This document shows, piece by piece, positions 23,570 to 36,500 of a stretch of 64,000 bases of DNA. Position numbers and translations under genes: made by a program. The notes under the pieces were generated by a model, which saw nothing but the letters and a program-made list of their open reading frames with translations, searched no databases and was not told the DNA's origin. The DNA is from Oopsacas minuta (taxonomy: Eukaryota > Animalia > Porifera): assembly GCA_024704765.1 (NCBI GenBank), contig JAKMXF010000321.1, positions 682,001 through 746,000 on the forward strand. The letters are read 5' to 3'. Position 1 is the stretch's first letter. Every line of letters starts with the position of its first letter.

Positions 23570-24208
23570 TCTATAGTATAAAACGCGATTTATCTGTATG
23601 CGTATACGTATATATGTTTTTGTGTCCAGAATTGATTGAAAAACTGGAAGACCCCCAGGGCTGATTTTTGGTATACAGGGGTATTTTGGGCCTGGCTCGG
23701 ACATGTTCGAGTCTTGGACGAAAATTCACACCTATGACGAAATTATGATGTCATTGTCACCTTTATGGATTTTCGAAAATCATATTATTAACCATTGCTC
23801 AGCCAATATACATGATAGAAGTTTGAAATTTGAATCACAGATACCCCTCAATATGCCACACGTTCTGATATCATGATTCTGGCCAAATGCAAACTTATCA
23901 TGGAGTTATTACGTCATCATGACTTCAAAAATCACAATTTCACAATTTAATAATACATACTACTCGATGCACGAATTGCACAGATTACTATCCAAAAGCG
24001 ACGTAGAAGCTCCAGTATCACCACATAAGGCCTTTAAATGGAGTTTGGGTGGACCATAGATAATAAAATATTATAACTTTGGATATTCTGTGAATTCGAG
24101 GCACGTAGTGCTGAGTATATTCTATCGCGTAGCGACCAATAACGCTATAAAATTTAACTTTTGATACTTAAGCAAACCTGGAACACTAGGCTGTCGCACA
24201 GCGCTAGT
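23570..24208 (+). mobile_element. Non-autonomous Helitron-like element
   Basis: A|TC start, CTAG|T end, subterminal hairpin GCTGT-CGC-ACAGC, no TSD. Confidence 0.45.
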
Positions 24209-24581
24209 ATTTACTAACACGCTTAATTAATTATAATATTTGGAAGTAAAGTAATTGAATTTTTCCGATGAATTGGCCTTTGTATTATGATGACGTCATA
24301 AATGAAGAATGACAATGAAATCCTGCCCATTCGAATACTTAGGTGGACATGGACAGGGAGCTGAAACAAGTTTCTCATTACCAGAGGCTTAAACTTTATT
24401 TAATTAATACAAGACTAAGTAATTTATCTTAGAGGAATTTGATATACTTAAATGAGTTAAATCTGGTGGTTATAGTTATTTATTACATTTGTATGTACAC
24501 TATTCGGTCTTGTATTACAAATACGACAAATTCTCTATGTAATATTCTAATATTATCGAAGTGAAGAGAATACTACACAGC

Positions 24582-25865
24582 ATGGCTAGTGTAGAAGTGA
24601 AGAGAAACTTTGTTCAACAACTAAAAGAGAGTCGTCAGAAGATACAAGACAGCTTCAAGAGGTCACATGAATCTCTACAAGCCAGAGAGAGTAACCTCCT
24701 CTCTTTGATTGATCAAATTGAGAAAGATTACAATAGCAAAGCTCACAAAATGAATAAATTAGTAGAAGCATTGAATCATAATAAATTAATGACATTAGAT
24801 ACTCTGACAGATAATGAGCTTAGTGAAACTCATCAAATAATTTGTTCAGCTATTGACAAAAAGATTACAGAACTTACAGCAGAGATAGACAGCAGAGATA
24901 GACAGCAGTATTGAGTTCGAGTGGGACGATCAATTTGAGGCTGAATTCAACATCTAGGAAGTATTAAGCTTAATGGACAGACTAATAAATCACATACAGA
25001 TACCTTCCCTCCTCAAGTGAAGCCTGTTGTACCTAATTACAAGAGTAAACAGCTGCCTACTGCTTACTCCTGCAAGAAGTCAAATTATCAGAAATCTTCA
25101 GGAGAACTGAACGATGCTAGAAGTGTAGCAGTGCATTACTTAACAGGAAACATTTACATAGCTGATGAGAATAACAATCGTGTACAAATATTTACTGGTA
25201 AAGGAGACTATCTATTCATGTTTAGTGAAAATATGAATAATCCTAGAGGAATTTGTATATCTCAGAATAATGTATTTGTTACACAACACAGTGGTAATTG
25301 CATTAATAAGTATGACATAGGAGGGAAACTAATCAAGAATGTTGGTAGTAGAGGGAAAGGAAAAATTCAATTCAATGAACCATACGGTATAGATGTCTCT
25401 GACAGAAATAGCAATATCTATGTATATGATTCGAATAATAAACGAGTTAAAATCCTTACAGAAGAACTAAATTTCCATTCCATACTAGGAGAAGGCTTGC
25501 TTAGCTATCCACTTGATGTTAAGGTTACAAGAGACAGAGTAATAGTAATAGATGATAGTGATCCGTGTATGTTTGTATTCAATTCAGATCATGTCCTAAC
25601 AAACAGAATGATAACAAAAGGTGTTGGTAAACAAACAAACTTTCCAATATGTTTTGACATAGACAGAGAATACAACATCATTATGAGTGACTATTATAAT
25701 CATTGTGTGTGTATATTCAATCAGAAGGGAGAACAGATACACAAGTTTGGTAAGGAAGGTCAGGGTATCGGGGAGTTCTATCATCCATATGGAATAGCAT
25801 TAGATAACGCAGGACACATTATAGTTGTGTGTCAGAAGGACAATAATTGTCTACAATTCTTTTGA
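24582..25865 (+). pseudogene. Coiled-coil + NHL-repeat (TRIM71-like) gene, disrupted
   Basis: Coiled-coil N-terminus from ATG 24582 and NHL repeats (IYIADENNNRVQIF, FNEPYGIDV, FYHPYGIALD). A 13-bp duplication at 24876-24908 and a probable 1-bp loss near 24944 leave three in-frame TGA codons (24912, 24936, 24942). Confidence 0.8.
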
Positions 25866-26799
25866 TGACATAATGTAGTAGTAGACAAGAATTACTGATA
25901 GATACTGTGTTCTTACTTTTCATTTGTCTCTATTTACTAATAGATATTCTAATATATAATATACTATTAAGCTATGTTAGTATGTTACTTTAATGTATCA
26001 CCCAAGTAGTCGGGGCGTTTACTCGATGCAGGAGTTTACGAATACTAAAATAGGATCAAAATTCTCTATCAAGATTTCGTATTAACCGAATACTGCCGGA
26101 CAAATGACGTCAAAAAAAGGTGATAAAATAGGTAAAAAGAAGTGATTGTAAGTAATTGAAAGGGAAATGAAGAGGAGTAAAGAAGTGAATTAAAGTATAA
26201 TCAGCATTTGAATTCAAGGTTGTAGGAGTGCTAATTAGACTAAAATATTGCTTCTTATTCTAGATTAAAATTAATATAATTTCACCAAAATGTAACTATA
26301 GTACAGTTGGCGTATTTCGTTATTAATACGCGGATTTACTATTATGAGCACAATTAGCTATAGAATATGCACTCTATTTACATGAATATAAGTTGCTAAT
26401 AGGCTAATAGGCGAACACCAGTGCAATTCCTAAACGTTAACTACGATGGCTCTCAGTTAATGTCAACTTTGTATGTGAAAAATCAATATTTTTCAATGAA
26501 CTTAATTCGATCATTACTAATCCGTGTAAGGATTGGACGGTCCCCTGGTGTTCATATTCCTGAGAGTCCACTGAATTTTGTATCCATATATAAATGTCCC
26601 GAAAACTTCACACTACAAGGAGTAAAATGCTTTCTAATATACACAAATAAAGACGATCTAATCACATATAATATTTCAAAAGTTTTGATAAAGAATATTT
26701 CCTGAAATAAATTCAAAAAGCAACCAAAAAATCTACAAACTATTTAAGAATTTTCAAAGCTTAAAATGTTCTAAATAAATATATACACACGAAAACTAT

Positions 26800-29700
26800 T
26801 CATAGATCGACAGGCCAGAATGTCATAAATGGAACGGATAATTCTTCCAGTAACTGAGTAGGTCCCTTGTCCATGCCTTTCATATCCATTCTTGTAGGTC
26901 TAATAATAAGATGAGTTATATTAGCTTGTGGATTCTCTTTATCGATTGAAACCACAAAACTCTCTTTCTCCATCGCTTCTATTACAACCTGTTTCACATA
27001 CCAACCGTGCCGTTGGTCGCTAGGGCCGTAACGAGGCTTTGACGTGAGACCACCCGCCCCCACTTTCTCCCCTACAACCGCGTGGAGTTGGAAACCTGCT
27101 TCAGCTGGATTAGCAGCCCAGAAATCTCCAGGTTTTGGAATATTACTCGCTTTTAACACAAAATATCTTTGAAAAGGGACATCTATTTGTGAGTATGGAG
27201 TACCGTCAATCTGTATAGCATGAAGAGATAATCTTACAGAAGCTGGCTTAGGTATTGTACCGACTTGAGTTACCTTCTGACCAATCTCCCGTGTTATCAT
27301 CTCTAATCTATGACACATAACTGATTCAATACGTTTACCACGTGCATCTATCATATCTACATAGTAGTTACGTATTAACATTGGTCGTGTAGCACTACGT
27401 GTAAAGTTAATAACAGTATCACGGATAATTTGAATAGGAGAGGGAGGGAGAGGGATTCCTTTAGGCTCTCCTCGTTTCTTGAGCCTCATCTTCTCGGGGT
27501 CTCCAGAATCATCCACGTTCAAATGAAATTGCGGATATAATTGTAACGCGCACTGTATAGGGAGTGTGACGAAATTCTCATGCCAACCATCTAGATGACC
27601 CAACAAACGTCCCATCCAGATATCTCCCCCTCTAGTTGGCTGATTTTCATAAAAATATTGTGTAAGAGGATCTTGTAGCTGACTTATATCGATGTTACTC
27701 GTTAACAGCTGGGCCTCGCCTCCACTCACTGTATCTGCATTAGAAAGAGGTATATAGTAGAACACAACATTAATATCCGACATCTGATGTTTAGGCTGTA
27801 CATGGAGATATTTCTTAATAATCATCGCTACAGATTTATCATCTCCTGCTATTACAAGTTTCAAAACAGCTCTACCCTCTCTGAGTTCTTTTGCTAAAAT
27901 TCCGCGTTTCGACTTTGGGACATTTTTCTGTTTCGCACTCATAATGTTACCGAGTATATCCACGTAAATGACGTCATCATTATCAACTTCATCATCTGCA
28001 CCCGGTTCTTCCCCGGGGCTTGTGGGCTCCTTGCTGGGCTTATTTGACAAGGAACCATCCCTTTTGTTCCTCTGGAATGTTTTGATTTTCTCAGACATAG
28101 TAGTTTGTCTAGGAGCTGGCTCTACTTTGCTGTCACTGCCAACTCTGTGGATAGGAGGGAATACATTATCCAAATTGAAGGAATCCTTGTTATTATAATT
28201 TTCAACATTTGATGATATAGGTCTTACTCCTCTTCCTGCTTTCCCACGACTACTATTGCGAACATTCGCACCACCGTCTTGCAGTATACTGTCTATTATG
28301 TCCTCAGGGGATTGAGGGTCCATTAGAGAGTTCAGGAACTTTACAGTTATGGGTGTGTCCGGGAGACTGTCAGTATTGAGCCCTACAAAAGGTATGGGGG
28401 TAGGACTATCTGTAACATCGGCGATAGTATCAATCTTATCATCAGGATTCTTCTCATTAAAGAATTCTATCATTTTAGTTAAGAGATTAATCAAATGTTT
28501 GTTGAGTATTTCCTGTGAGTCTAATTGTCCAGCAAACAGTACTTCATGTGTGTTGTTAATAAGTTCAGATAGCCAGCTATCTAATGTATCGCTTCCTGCG
28601 GTTCTTAGTATCCTATCCAGTAATGTTAAGTCAATATTAATTCCTAGTATTGATACGAATGCTCGTTTCAAAATATGAATCTTAACAGCGCTTTCGTTCT
28701 TGTCAGCTTTTTTGAAACTTTCTCTGAATGATAGAGCCTGGGGCGCTGCGTAATCTATAAGCAGATATGTACGCTCGTATGTATTAATGGTACTGTCTTT
28801 AACTTGTAAGTTATACTCACTTAACATTCTGTTTCTGTAAGAAAATCCTGGACAAATACGTTCAGCATCAATAAAGTTAAGAATATCTCTAGCAAAATAA
28901 CAGTAGGGAACAGGCCATAGAAAGAATGCATAGACTGTCTGGTAAGCTTGATCCAATATCTTACTACTGACCGAAGGAGCCCTGATAACAAATTCTTTGA
29001 ATAGTTGTAAATACGGGAGTAACTGTTCTCTGTCATCCATCCTAGTAGGAGGCTGTAATGTCTCAATCATCCGTATTTCCTCTTTTGTTATATCAGCTAG
29101 CGCCTGAAGGACAATCGTAATTGCTGTGACGTAATTGACTGGATTCAATTCTAGGACTGATAGCAATTTGATAAGACATAGAGAGTCAGAAACTGGAATG
29201 GTTAGACAAAGAGAAGGCGAGAAATCTGGGAATTTATCTCTCATGCCTCTATTCTTCTTCTCAGCGCATTGTTTGATTAGAGTATCAATTTGTTTTTGGA
29301 CATTATTCTTAGATTGATCTAGCGTTCCCTTACGTAGTAATTTGGGCACATCAAGAGTGTCAATGCCTCCGAACAAAGATATGGTTTTCAACTCGAAATC
29401 TAACAATTTAGAATCTCTAGCTATTTTCCAACGTGAGATTAGTGTACCAATCTGCCCTATATTGTAATCAGGATAGAAAGTGACCACAAAATGTAAGGTA
29501 AGTAGAAGTCTAGATCGTAGTATCACTACCTCTTTAGGATCAGGAAGATATACGGTAGTCTTTTTCTTTTTATCTTTCTCTTTCTCCTTCACTAGGGCTG
29601 TTGTCCACGCATCAAAGTTAGCTTTAGTATCACATTTGAGTATTAATGCGTCATAAATATCCGGTAATGACTTAGTAATCGGTACACTATCTACAGTTAT

Positions 29701-29868
29701 GATACGACATAAAATGGACATTATATAGGCAGTGAGTTGATCCTTGTCATTCAGCAGGTCTGTCCAGAATCTCTTTGATTCTTCATAGTTTTGTTTCTTG
29801 TTATTGAAATAGATAAAATCATTGAAAACTCCGAATAATTCTTTTAGTTTACCTTCGTTAAGAGCCAT
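26800..29868 (-). CDS. Class IB PI3K regulatory subunit-like (p101/p84, PIK3R5/PIK3R6 family), single exon
   Basis: Blocks resembling p101 as recalled: FFLWPVPYCYFARDILNFIDAERICPGFSY; KLVIAGDDKSVAMIIKKY...VVFYYIPL; MGRLLGHLDGWHENFV; IIRDTVINFTRSATRPMLIRNY. 1022 aa. Confidence 0.72.
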   Translation of the reverse strand: MALNEGKLKELFGVFNDFIYFNNKKQNYEESKRFWTDLLNDKDQLTAYIMSILCRIITVDSVPITKSLPDIYDALILKCDTKANFDAWTTALVKEKEKDKKKKTTVYLPDPKEVVILRSRLLLTLHFVVTFYPDYNIGQIGTLISRWKIARDSKLLDFELKTISLFGGIDTLDVPKLLRKGTLDQSKNNVQKQIDTLIKQCAEKKNRGMRDKFPDFSPSLCLTIPVSDSLCLIKLLSVLELNPVNYVTAITIVLQALADITKEEIRMIETLQPPTRMDDREQLLPYLQLFKEFVIRAPSVSSKILDQAYQTVYAFFLWPVPYCYFARDILNFIDAERICPGFSYRNRMLSEYNLQVKDSTINTYERTYLLIDYAAPQALSFRESFKKADKNESAVKIHILKRAFVSILGINIDLTLLDRILRTAGSDTLDSWLSELINNTHEVLFAGQLDSQEILNKHLINLLTKMIEFFNEKNPDDKIDTIADVTDSPTPIPFVGLNTDSLPDTPITVKFLNSLMDPQSPEDIIDSILQDGGANVRNSSRGKAGRGVRPISSNVENYNNKDSFNLDNVFPPIHRVGSDSKVEPAPRQTTMSEKIKTFQRNKRDGSLSNKPSKEPTSPGEEPGADDEVDNDDVIYVDILGNIMSAKQKNVPKSKRGILAKELREGRAVLKLVIAGDDKSVAMIIKKYLHVQPKHQMSDINVVFYYIPLSNADTVSGGEAQLLTSNIDISQLQDPLTQYFYENQPTRGGDIWMGRLLGHLDGWHENFVTLPIQCALQLYPQFHLNVDDSGDPEKMRLKKRGEPKGIPLPPSPIQIIRDTVINFTRSATRPMLIRNYYVDMIDARGKRIESVMCHRLEMITREIGQKVTQVGTIPKPASVRLSLHAIQIDGTPYSQIDVPFQRYFVLKASNIPKPGDFWAANPAEAGFQLHAVVGEKVGAGGLTSKPRYGPSDQRHGWYVKQVVIEAMEKESFVVSIDKENPQANITHLIIRPTRMDMKGMDKGPTQLLEELSVPFMTFWPVDL

Positions 29869-30439
29869 CTAATAATTGTATCTAGATTATAGTTAGTGGG
29901 TAAGATTTGGCGATGAGAATGTGTAAGGTGAATATCAGACATTCCATTATTATATCGATATATCGACTTATTTCTATCTTTAGAAACATCTGACGGATGC
30001 TAAATTTATTAATATAAGGTATAATTATATAATTATACAGCTGCTACATACTGGTGAACAGAAAGATATTTATATTGATTATTTATTCAAAAGATAGTCT
30101 ATAATTTTATCTGTTTCTGCAGACCTCTCTCATAATACCAATTTATGAAACACAGTCCTAGAATCTTTAAGTGAGAGATATACATTTATTAAATATATAC
30201 CCCCAGTTAAATAAAGGCATAAAAGTTACTAACTGTGACGTAGCCTTTTTACGATCTCCGTACACTTAACTTACTAATACTGCTTCAAAACGATTAACCA
30301 GGCTTGTCTTATGGCTACGCTAATGGGTACAAATAATATTAAAATAATTCAAATTAGACTTGAAATCGCATAATTAAAGAATCCAGTAAACAAATAGAAT
30401 TGAGTGTTTACACAATGAATAATGATATATTTATAATTG

Positions 30440-30581
30440 TTAATGTTTCTTTGTTAAAAGTTCAACAACCTTTTGAGCGCATTTATATTTAGCTGCATCG
30501 TGTGAACTACCAATATCTGTATAAGAAATTCCTTCTACATGAATTACACACTGAAATTTCCTGTTCTCAACTGTCCGAACT
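30440..30581 (-). CDS. DICER1: Dicer exon 17 (dsRBD and stop; not in the ORF track)
   Basis: [35 protein letters not shown] then TAA; acceptor TAATTTAG|. Confidence 0.87.
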
Positions 30582-33500
30582 CTAAATTAAAAAAGTGATA
30601 TATAAATATTCTAATAATTTGATTATTTCATAGACACCTTAGATAGGAGGACTAGTATCTGGCACTCTCAAATTCCGGAACTTGGGTCCCATTGTATCAT
30701 GACAACGACGTTGTTGCGTCATAAAAATGGCAAATCCTGGAAGGTTTTAGTTTTTTCGCAGCTCCTGGCGCTACTTGACGCTCTACGTAGCTCATGCTGC
30801 TGGATTATGTAGGGTCATGGCCCCCACATAGAATTCTTAGGGCCTTACCAAATTTTTTATGTGCATACATCAAGCCAGGAATATTTTGTCTGGATAAAAT
30901 TTCGGATCATTAATTGTTGTAACTAACACGTCGCTTCAGTCTGTAATAGACCTATGATTGTGTGAAAGTATGTGATATTGCAACTTACTTAAATGTGATA
31001 TTGCCTTTAGGTTTGAGGTTGTAAAGTTGATTGATGGGATTTTTAGGTATTTCCAAGGCTATCTGATCTAAATAGACAATAAATATATAGAATTATACCA
31101 TAAATACTTATCAAAAAAATGTCCAGCCGATAGACTGGTAGTGTAGCTCAGGGTTATGTATTCGTTATTTGACCCCCTTGTAGAGTAATATGCAAAAAGA
31201 TGTGAAATATGATTAATCATATGATAAATCTGTGAATTTGTAACTTTCAAACTCTGAAATTCTCGAAATCGGACTCTACGCACCCAATTACCCCTCACAA
31301 CATGTTGAAACCTAATCTCTAGCTTGCTTTTGTATTTTACATAGAAATTTGTGTGGAAATATGATTAATCACCAAAAAGGTGTGAAATATTGACTTTAGA
31401 AAAAATTCATACCCGAGGTGCAAATCTCTGACCCAAAATGTATACATATGCCAATTTTCAGGTTCCTTCGACTACTAGATTTCGCATGGCCGCGCGGACG
31501 GACGGACGTCGCAGATCGTCCATACCATTAGGGCATCTCCCTATAGGAGCTGCAATAAAAATATATACGTATATTAATACCTATTATCGGTCTGAATATA
31601 GGTCCAAACACATCCCAAACAGTGTCTAGTGAGAATCTAGAATCAAGGAATACAGCAGCTACAATAGCCTCTACGATATCAGCTAGAGGTTTAGGATAAG
31701 ATACTCTACCATAGTCTTTAGCCTAAATAACAATTCTTAATTATTAAACCAAACAGCAAAATTCCAAGTAAATACGCTTACGTTAAAATTCTTGCTCTGT
31801 GTCGCCTCAAGTCTGTGTTCAATCTCTGAGTTTTCAATTGAGACCTTTAATCTGTCATTTGACAGTAAACATTTGTGCCATTGGTGGCCAAGAGCTATCA
31901 TACCCAGTCGTGAGTTGTTAACGATAGCAGATCTTATTTGGCTTAGTTGCTCTGGAAGGTAGTCCTTGTTCTTTTGGTAGATATATACACATGTGAAGTA
32001 ATCCAGTAGCGCATCTCCTAGGAACTCAAGCCGCTGATAGCTAGGCCTGAATATTAAAAAAATCATTCAAATACATACACATACATAGAACTCGGATAAG
32101 AGGTACCCTTAAGCTTAGGGAAACAAAAAAATTAGTACCCACTGAGTGTATTTGGGCACTAAACTTTTGGCTTGAAAGAAGTAGTACTTAATAACCAAGA
32201 GTACGTCTTATCCGAGTACGCATTATCCAATTTCTAATATAATTAGTTTATCATGAAAATATAAAGACAAGGTCATAGTAATTATTGAAAGTTGCCAAAT
32301 GTCTACGATAGAAGGAATATAAAGTGGAATCATACCGCTTACAAAAAAAATGTTTGTATTTTATCGCATATCGTCATATATCAAACAAAAAACACCTTGA
32401 CATACATACTACTTCATCACTTTGTAATATATCATACTATCGCAGCGTTAGCTAGTATTCAGTGATGCCGCAGAGAGTTACGGCAACCAAAAAATGACTA
32501 CAAAGCGTAATAGCCACAAATGAAAGTACTTATGTAGATTGACGCATAGCTATCAATACATCTAGAATGTTATGTAATTGAGCTACACTTAAGAGCAGTG
32601 TTATTTTAATCATCACTTCTACTTTACGTAACCCTTAATTAATCACAGTTTGTAATTAGGTATTGATTAAGAGGAGTATAAGAATTATAATACAGTATAA
32701 CAACTACGTATAGCCTCGGGTATTAAATCATGCAGGTGATATACGAATATTAAATGCTTATTTTAAACCAATATTTTACCCCCGACCTAGTAGTTTAATG
32801 TAAATCTAACCTTGCATTATCCGTTGGTGTAATTTTCAGCATGAAAGAAGGATGAGTAAACGCCTCAATTAACAATGAAATATTCTCAAACTGGAAATTA
32901 AGAACTGATTCTTGGAATCCTTGAATATTGGCGAGAAAAGTCCGTGGTAAATCAGATAAATCTTCACTAGAAGACTCCAAATGAAGTTGTGTATATTCAT
33001 ATTCATTTGCATAGTGAGAGAAGGCATTAGGTGGATTGAAGAAATGACCCATTTCACCATCATGCTTACTCAGTGTAGAATCTATTTTCTGTGTATTGTA
33101 TTCAATACCCATGTCTAGATAGGATATGAATCTCATGCCTTGCTGAATACCTCCTGAACACACATACGAACTGAGTACTGCTTCAATACAATCAGCTGAT
33201 GTCTTATCACTGAATTGTTGGAATCTGAAAGGTAAGGAGGAGGTTACCTGAGGATCTGATTTAGTGTGATAGCTTAAATTCTCAGATAAAATCAATAAGC
33301 CATCTGATGTAGTTATCTTGTCTTTATCTGGTATATTGTTAGCAATTGCATCTAGTGTGGTTATCAGTACATTATCATTGTTTCAATTAATTCTAGTATT
33401 TGCAAAGGAACTGAAAGGAAATTTTGCAAACTTCCATTGAATTATTCGAAATATTAGTTTTACTATTTTTATAACTTATTAGTGATTGATCTAAAACAAC

Positions 33501-36500
33501 CACAAATTGAATCAATTCTAACCAAAACAAGAACCAAAATATATTATTAACTCGAAAACAAATGATTTCAATTACAGTCAGATATGTGTAACCTGCCAGA
33601 TCAACTAGATTGCATCATAACAGATTCCTAATACAAAATGAATAAGCTAGGCGACGAAAAATGGGAATGATATGTTATGCGTACGAGCCATAGAACCTGG
33701 ATTACCCTGTTTGAAATGTATCTATAAACGATTCGTTTCAAATCTAATTAATTGCAACTCTACTTACCAACTAATGCGTTTTTCGCGAATGCAAATCCAG
33801 GAGGAGAATAGTTTTTTTTCAGAGCAAACGATTCTGATCCAATTATGTGTACAATAGCCTTCTTTACAGCAAGTCCGTGGAGAGTTTCATTAGAGATAAA
33901 TTTAGTTCTTAAACGAGTGAGATCCCCCTCACTTCTCAAATTGCTGTGTGTAAACACGTGAAGAGATATTATCAGTTTAAGGAGACTATCACCAATGAAC
34001 TCCTGACGTTCAAGATTTATCAGATCAACAGCTGATGTGGCTACAAGAGTATAAATGTTATTACAACTTAGCAAGAAAGCGTAATTGACCATTATTTTGT
34101 AACAAAATAAGACGATGACAATTGTGGGACAATTGTGGGATAATAGTGATTTTAGAAATTCAAATTCGTCCAAGCCTGACCAAAATACCTGCCAAGGATA
34201 AGCATTTGAGGGTTTGGAGTTCCAGAAGATTCAAACAAATTGTTTTTTCATTTGATAAGTTGAAATCGTTCCAGTACATGATAGGAATAATTATGAAATC
34301 ATCTTGAGGCGGTTAAAGCATAGATGCAATATATAAAATCGGATATATTTCCAATTAAATGTAGCTAACTAGGCAATAGGGTTACACGTTAAAATTAATA
34401 TGAATTTGAATCGATTCACTTTCATTTACACTAAATTGAATTCTGTAATAATATGTCCATCAGTGTATTGAGTCCATTAATTATAAATAGAGTGTGGTAC
34501 TAGTTAATAGAGCAAAAATATTTTCTACAAATGGATTACAACACAAATAAATCTGAAAATAATCTTCAAATGAATTCAACAATGATATCTCAAATATTTC
34601 CATCTCTTCACACTCCGCTAAGAATGCCAATACCACCAACAGCCCTGGCTTGGCTTAGACCATCTCCAAATTCTCAATGTTTAGTAACAGGAATGCAAAA
34701 CGGAAGTATTGGAATAACCTGGTATACAAATAATTCAGTACAAACAACCAGTTTAACTCTATCTCATATCCTGAGTCCTATATCTCATGTCAGCGCTTCT
34801 TCTGACGACAAGCAGGTAGCAGTAGGAGGATATTACGGTACCCTTATGATGTTAAATGTAGGCGAGGCTCCAACCGTTGAAACACGAATGCTAACCTCTG
34901 TTAACATGCTAAAACAGACTATTTTAGGACTGAAATGGTCATGGAATGGAGACAGAGTAGCCTGCTTAAGAGCAAAGCAGAACAAATCTACTCCTCTATC
35001 TCTGATGATATACTCCAATATTTCTAGCTCTCAATACAACAATATAGAGATGACATTTCCTAGGAGAATAGTCGGGGATGCAATGAATAAAAATGATATC
35101 GATACATTCAGTCAGAGGATTGCATGGAACCATGATGATGCTTCTCTCTTCATGACATTAACACACGACTCTTTACTACAAGTCTCTACACAGACATGGA
35201 GGATAATATCAAGTTTACAATTAGGATACTCTACACAATTACACGTGGTAGCAGCTCACCAGTTAATAGCGGTAGACACTAATAATCGTCTAATATCCTA
35301 CAATACAATAACCAACAGTCTCAAAGAGTTGAATACAAATGTAGAGTCTATTATCACACGAAATAATCAGATATTAAGCATCACAAATCAACCACTAACA
35401 GGTAGAAAGCTCACAATATTAAACTCATCAGGAACACAGTTAAATCAATTCAAGTTACCAGCTAAACAACGCATTATGTCATCATCAATTAGCCCAGATT
35501 CTTCCATGTTATTCTACACAACTCCTACAGAGATCTCCTCGCTTATACTCTATTCTAAAGTAGCAACTCTTAAAGAACTGTGCATGACAGCAATTAACGG
35601 TTACAGATTAACTACCAGTCGTCTACCTATACATTTACAGAACCATGTGAGTAATCATCACAATATGCTACTGCCATTAGGGGATGAAGTAGAATTCTGT
35701 GTTCATAAGATTGAGAAGAAAAGGAGATTTGGATTAAACACATCATCTATTGTTGTCAATAAGCATCATCTAGGACTAGTACTAGAAGTAATGCGGTTTG
35801 TGAATTCAATCGGTAATATTGCAAAACTTAAAGAAATGAAAAGTTCATTCGGATACAACGAAAGGAAGAGAATTTTAGAAAAGTTACTTCCCAATAGTAT
35901 TAGCAATCCAGATAAAGATACTAGAATAAAATGGAACAATTCTAGAAATAAATTCACCTTACAGTATAACGGTGAAAAAGCTGTTCTAAGGTTTAAAGAA
36001 CAGACAATTTCTATAACTGGTTGTATGGAAAAAGAGTTCAAATTAATCAACAGAGATGGTGGTATTGTCATACAGTCAGATGAACATTACTTAGCAACAA
36101 TAACTAAAGAAAGGAATTCATCCAGATTGAGATTACACACGACAAAAGAGCTAAAGCTCACACTTACACTATTAATAGCATTAGTTATTATTATTCGCAA
36201 TTAATTTCATATTTTGTTATGCACATGTACATTTCACACACAAGATTAAACGAATTTATCACAATTTTTCCCTGGGGGGAGGGGGGAGGGGGGAAATGGA
36301 AGAATAACCATACATACATACATAGCTATAGTAGCTAAAACTTGAAATAACTTCTGGAGGCGTGTATTCAACATTATTTTAGCTGTAGAATTATGGGTGG
36401 GGAAATCATAAATGGGCCAAACTATGAATGGAAATTCAACACAGATTTAAGTAATTAAAGTAAATTCATGAAAAAGATAGGTATTGGATATTGTGTTAAT

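Noticed and set aside
26421-26705. 94-aa ORF with CPENFTLQGVKCF, reminiscent of a C-type lectin start
   Set aside because: GTG start, no further lectin motifs and no supporting splice pattern.
31100-31560. DINE-1/Helentron-like element in Dicer intron 15
   Set aside because: A (GTCC)n tract and a TTTTATT start are suggestive, but no terminal structures could be fixed, so it is not listed as a feature.
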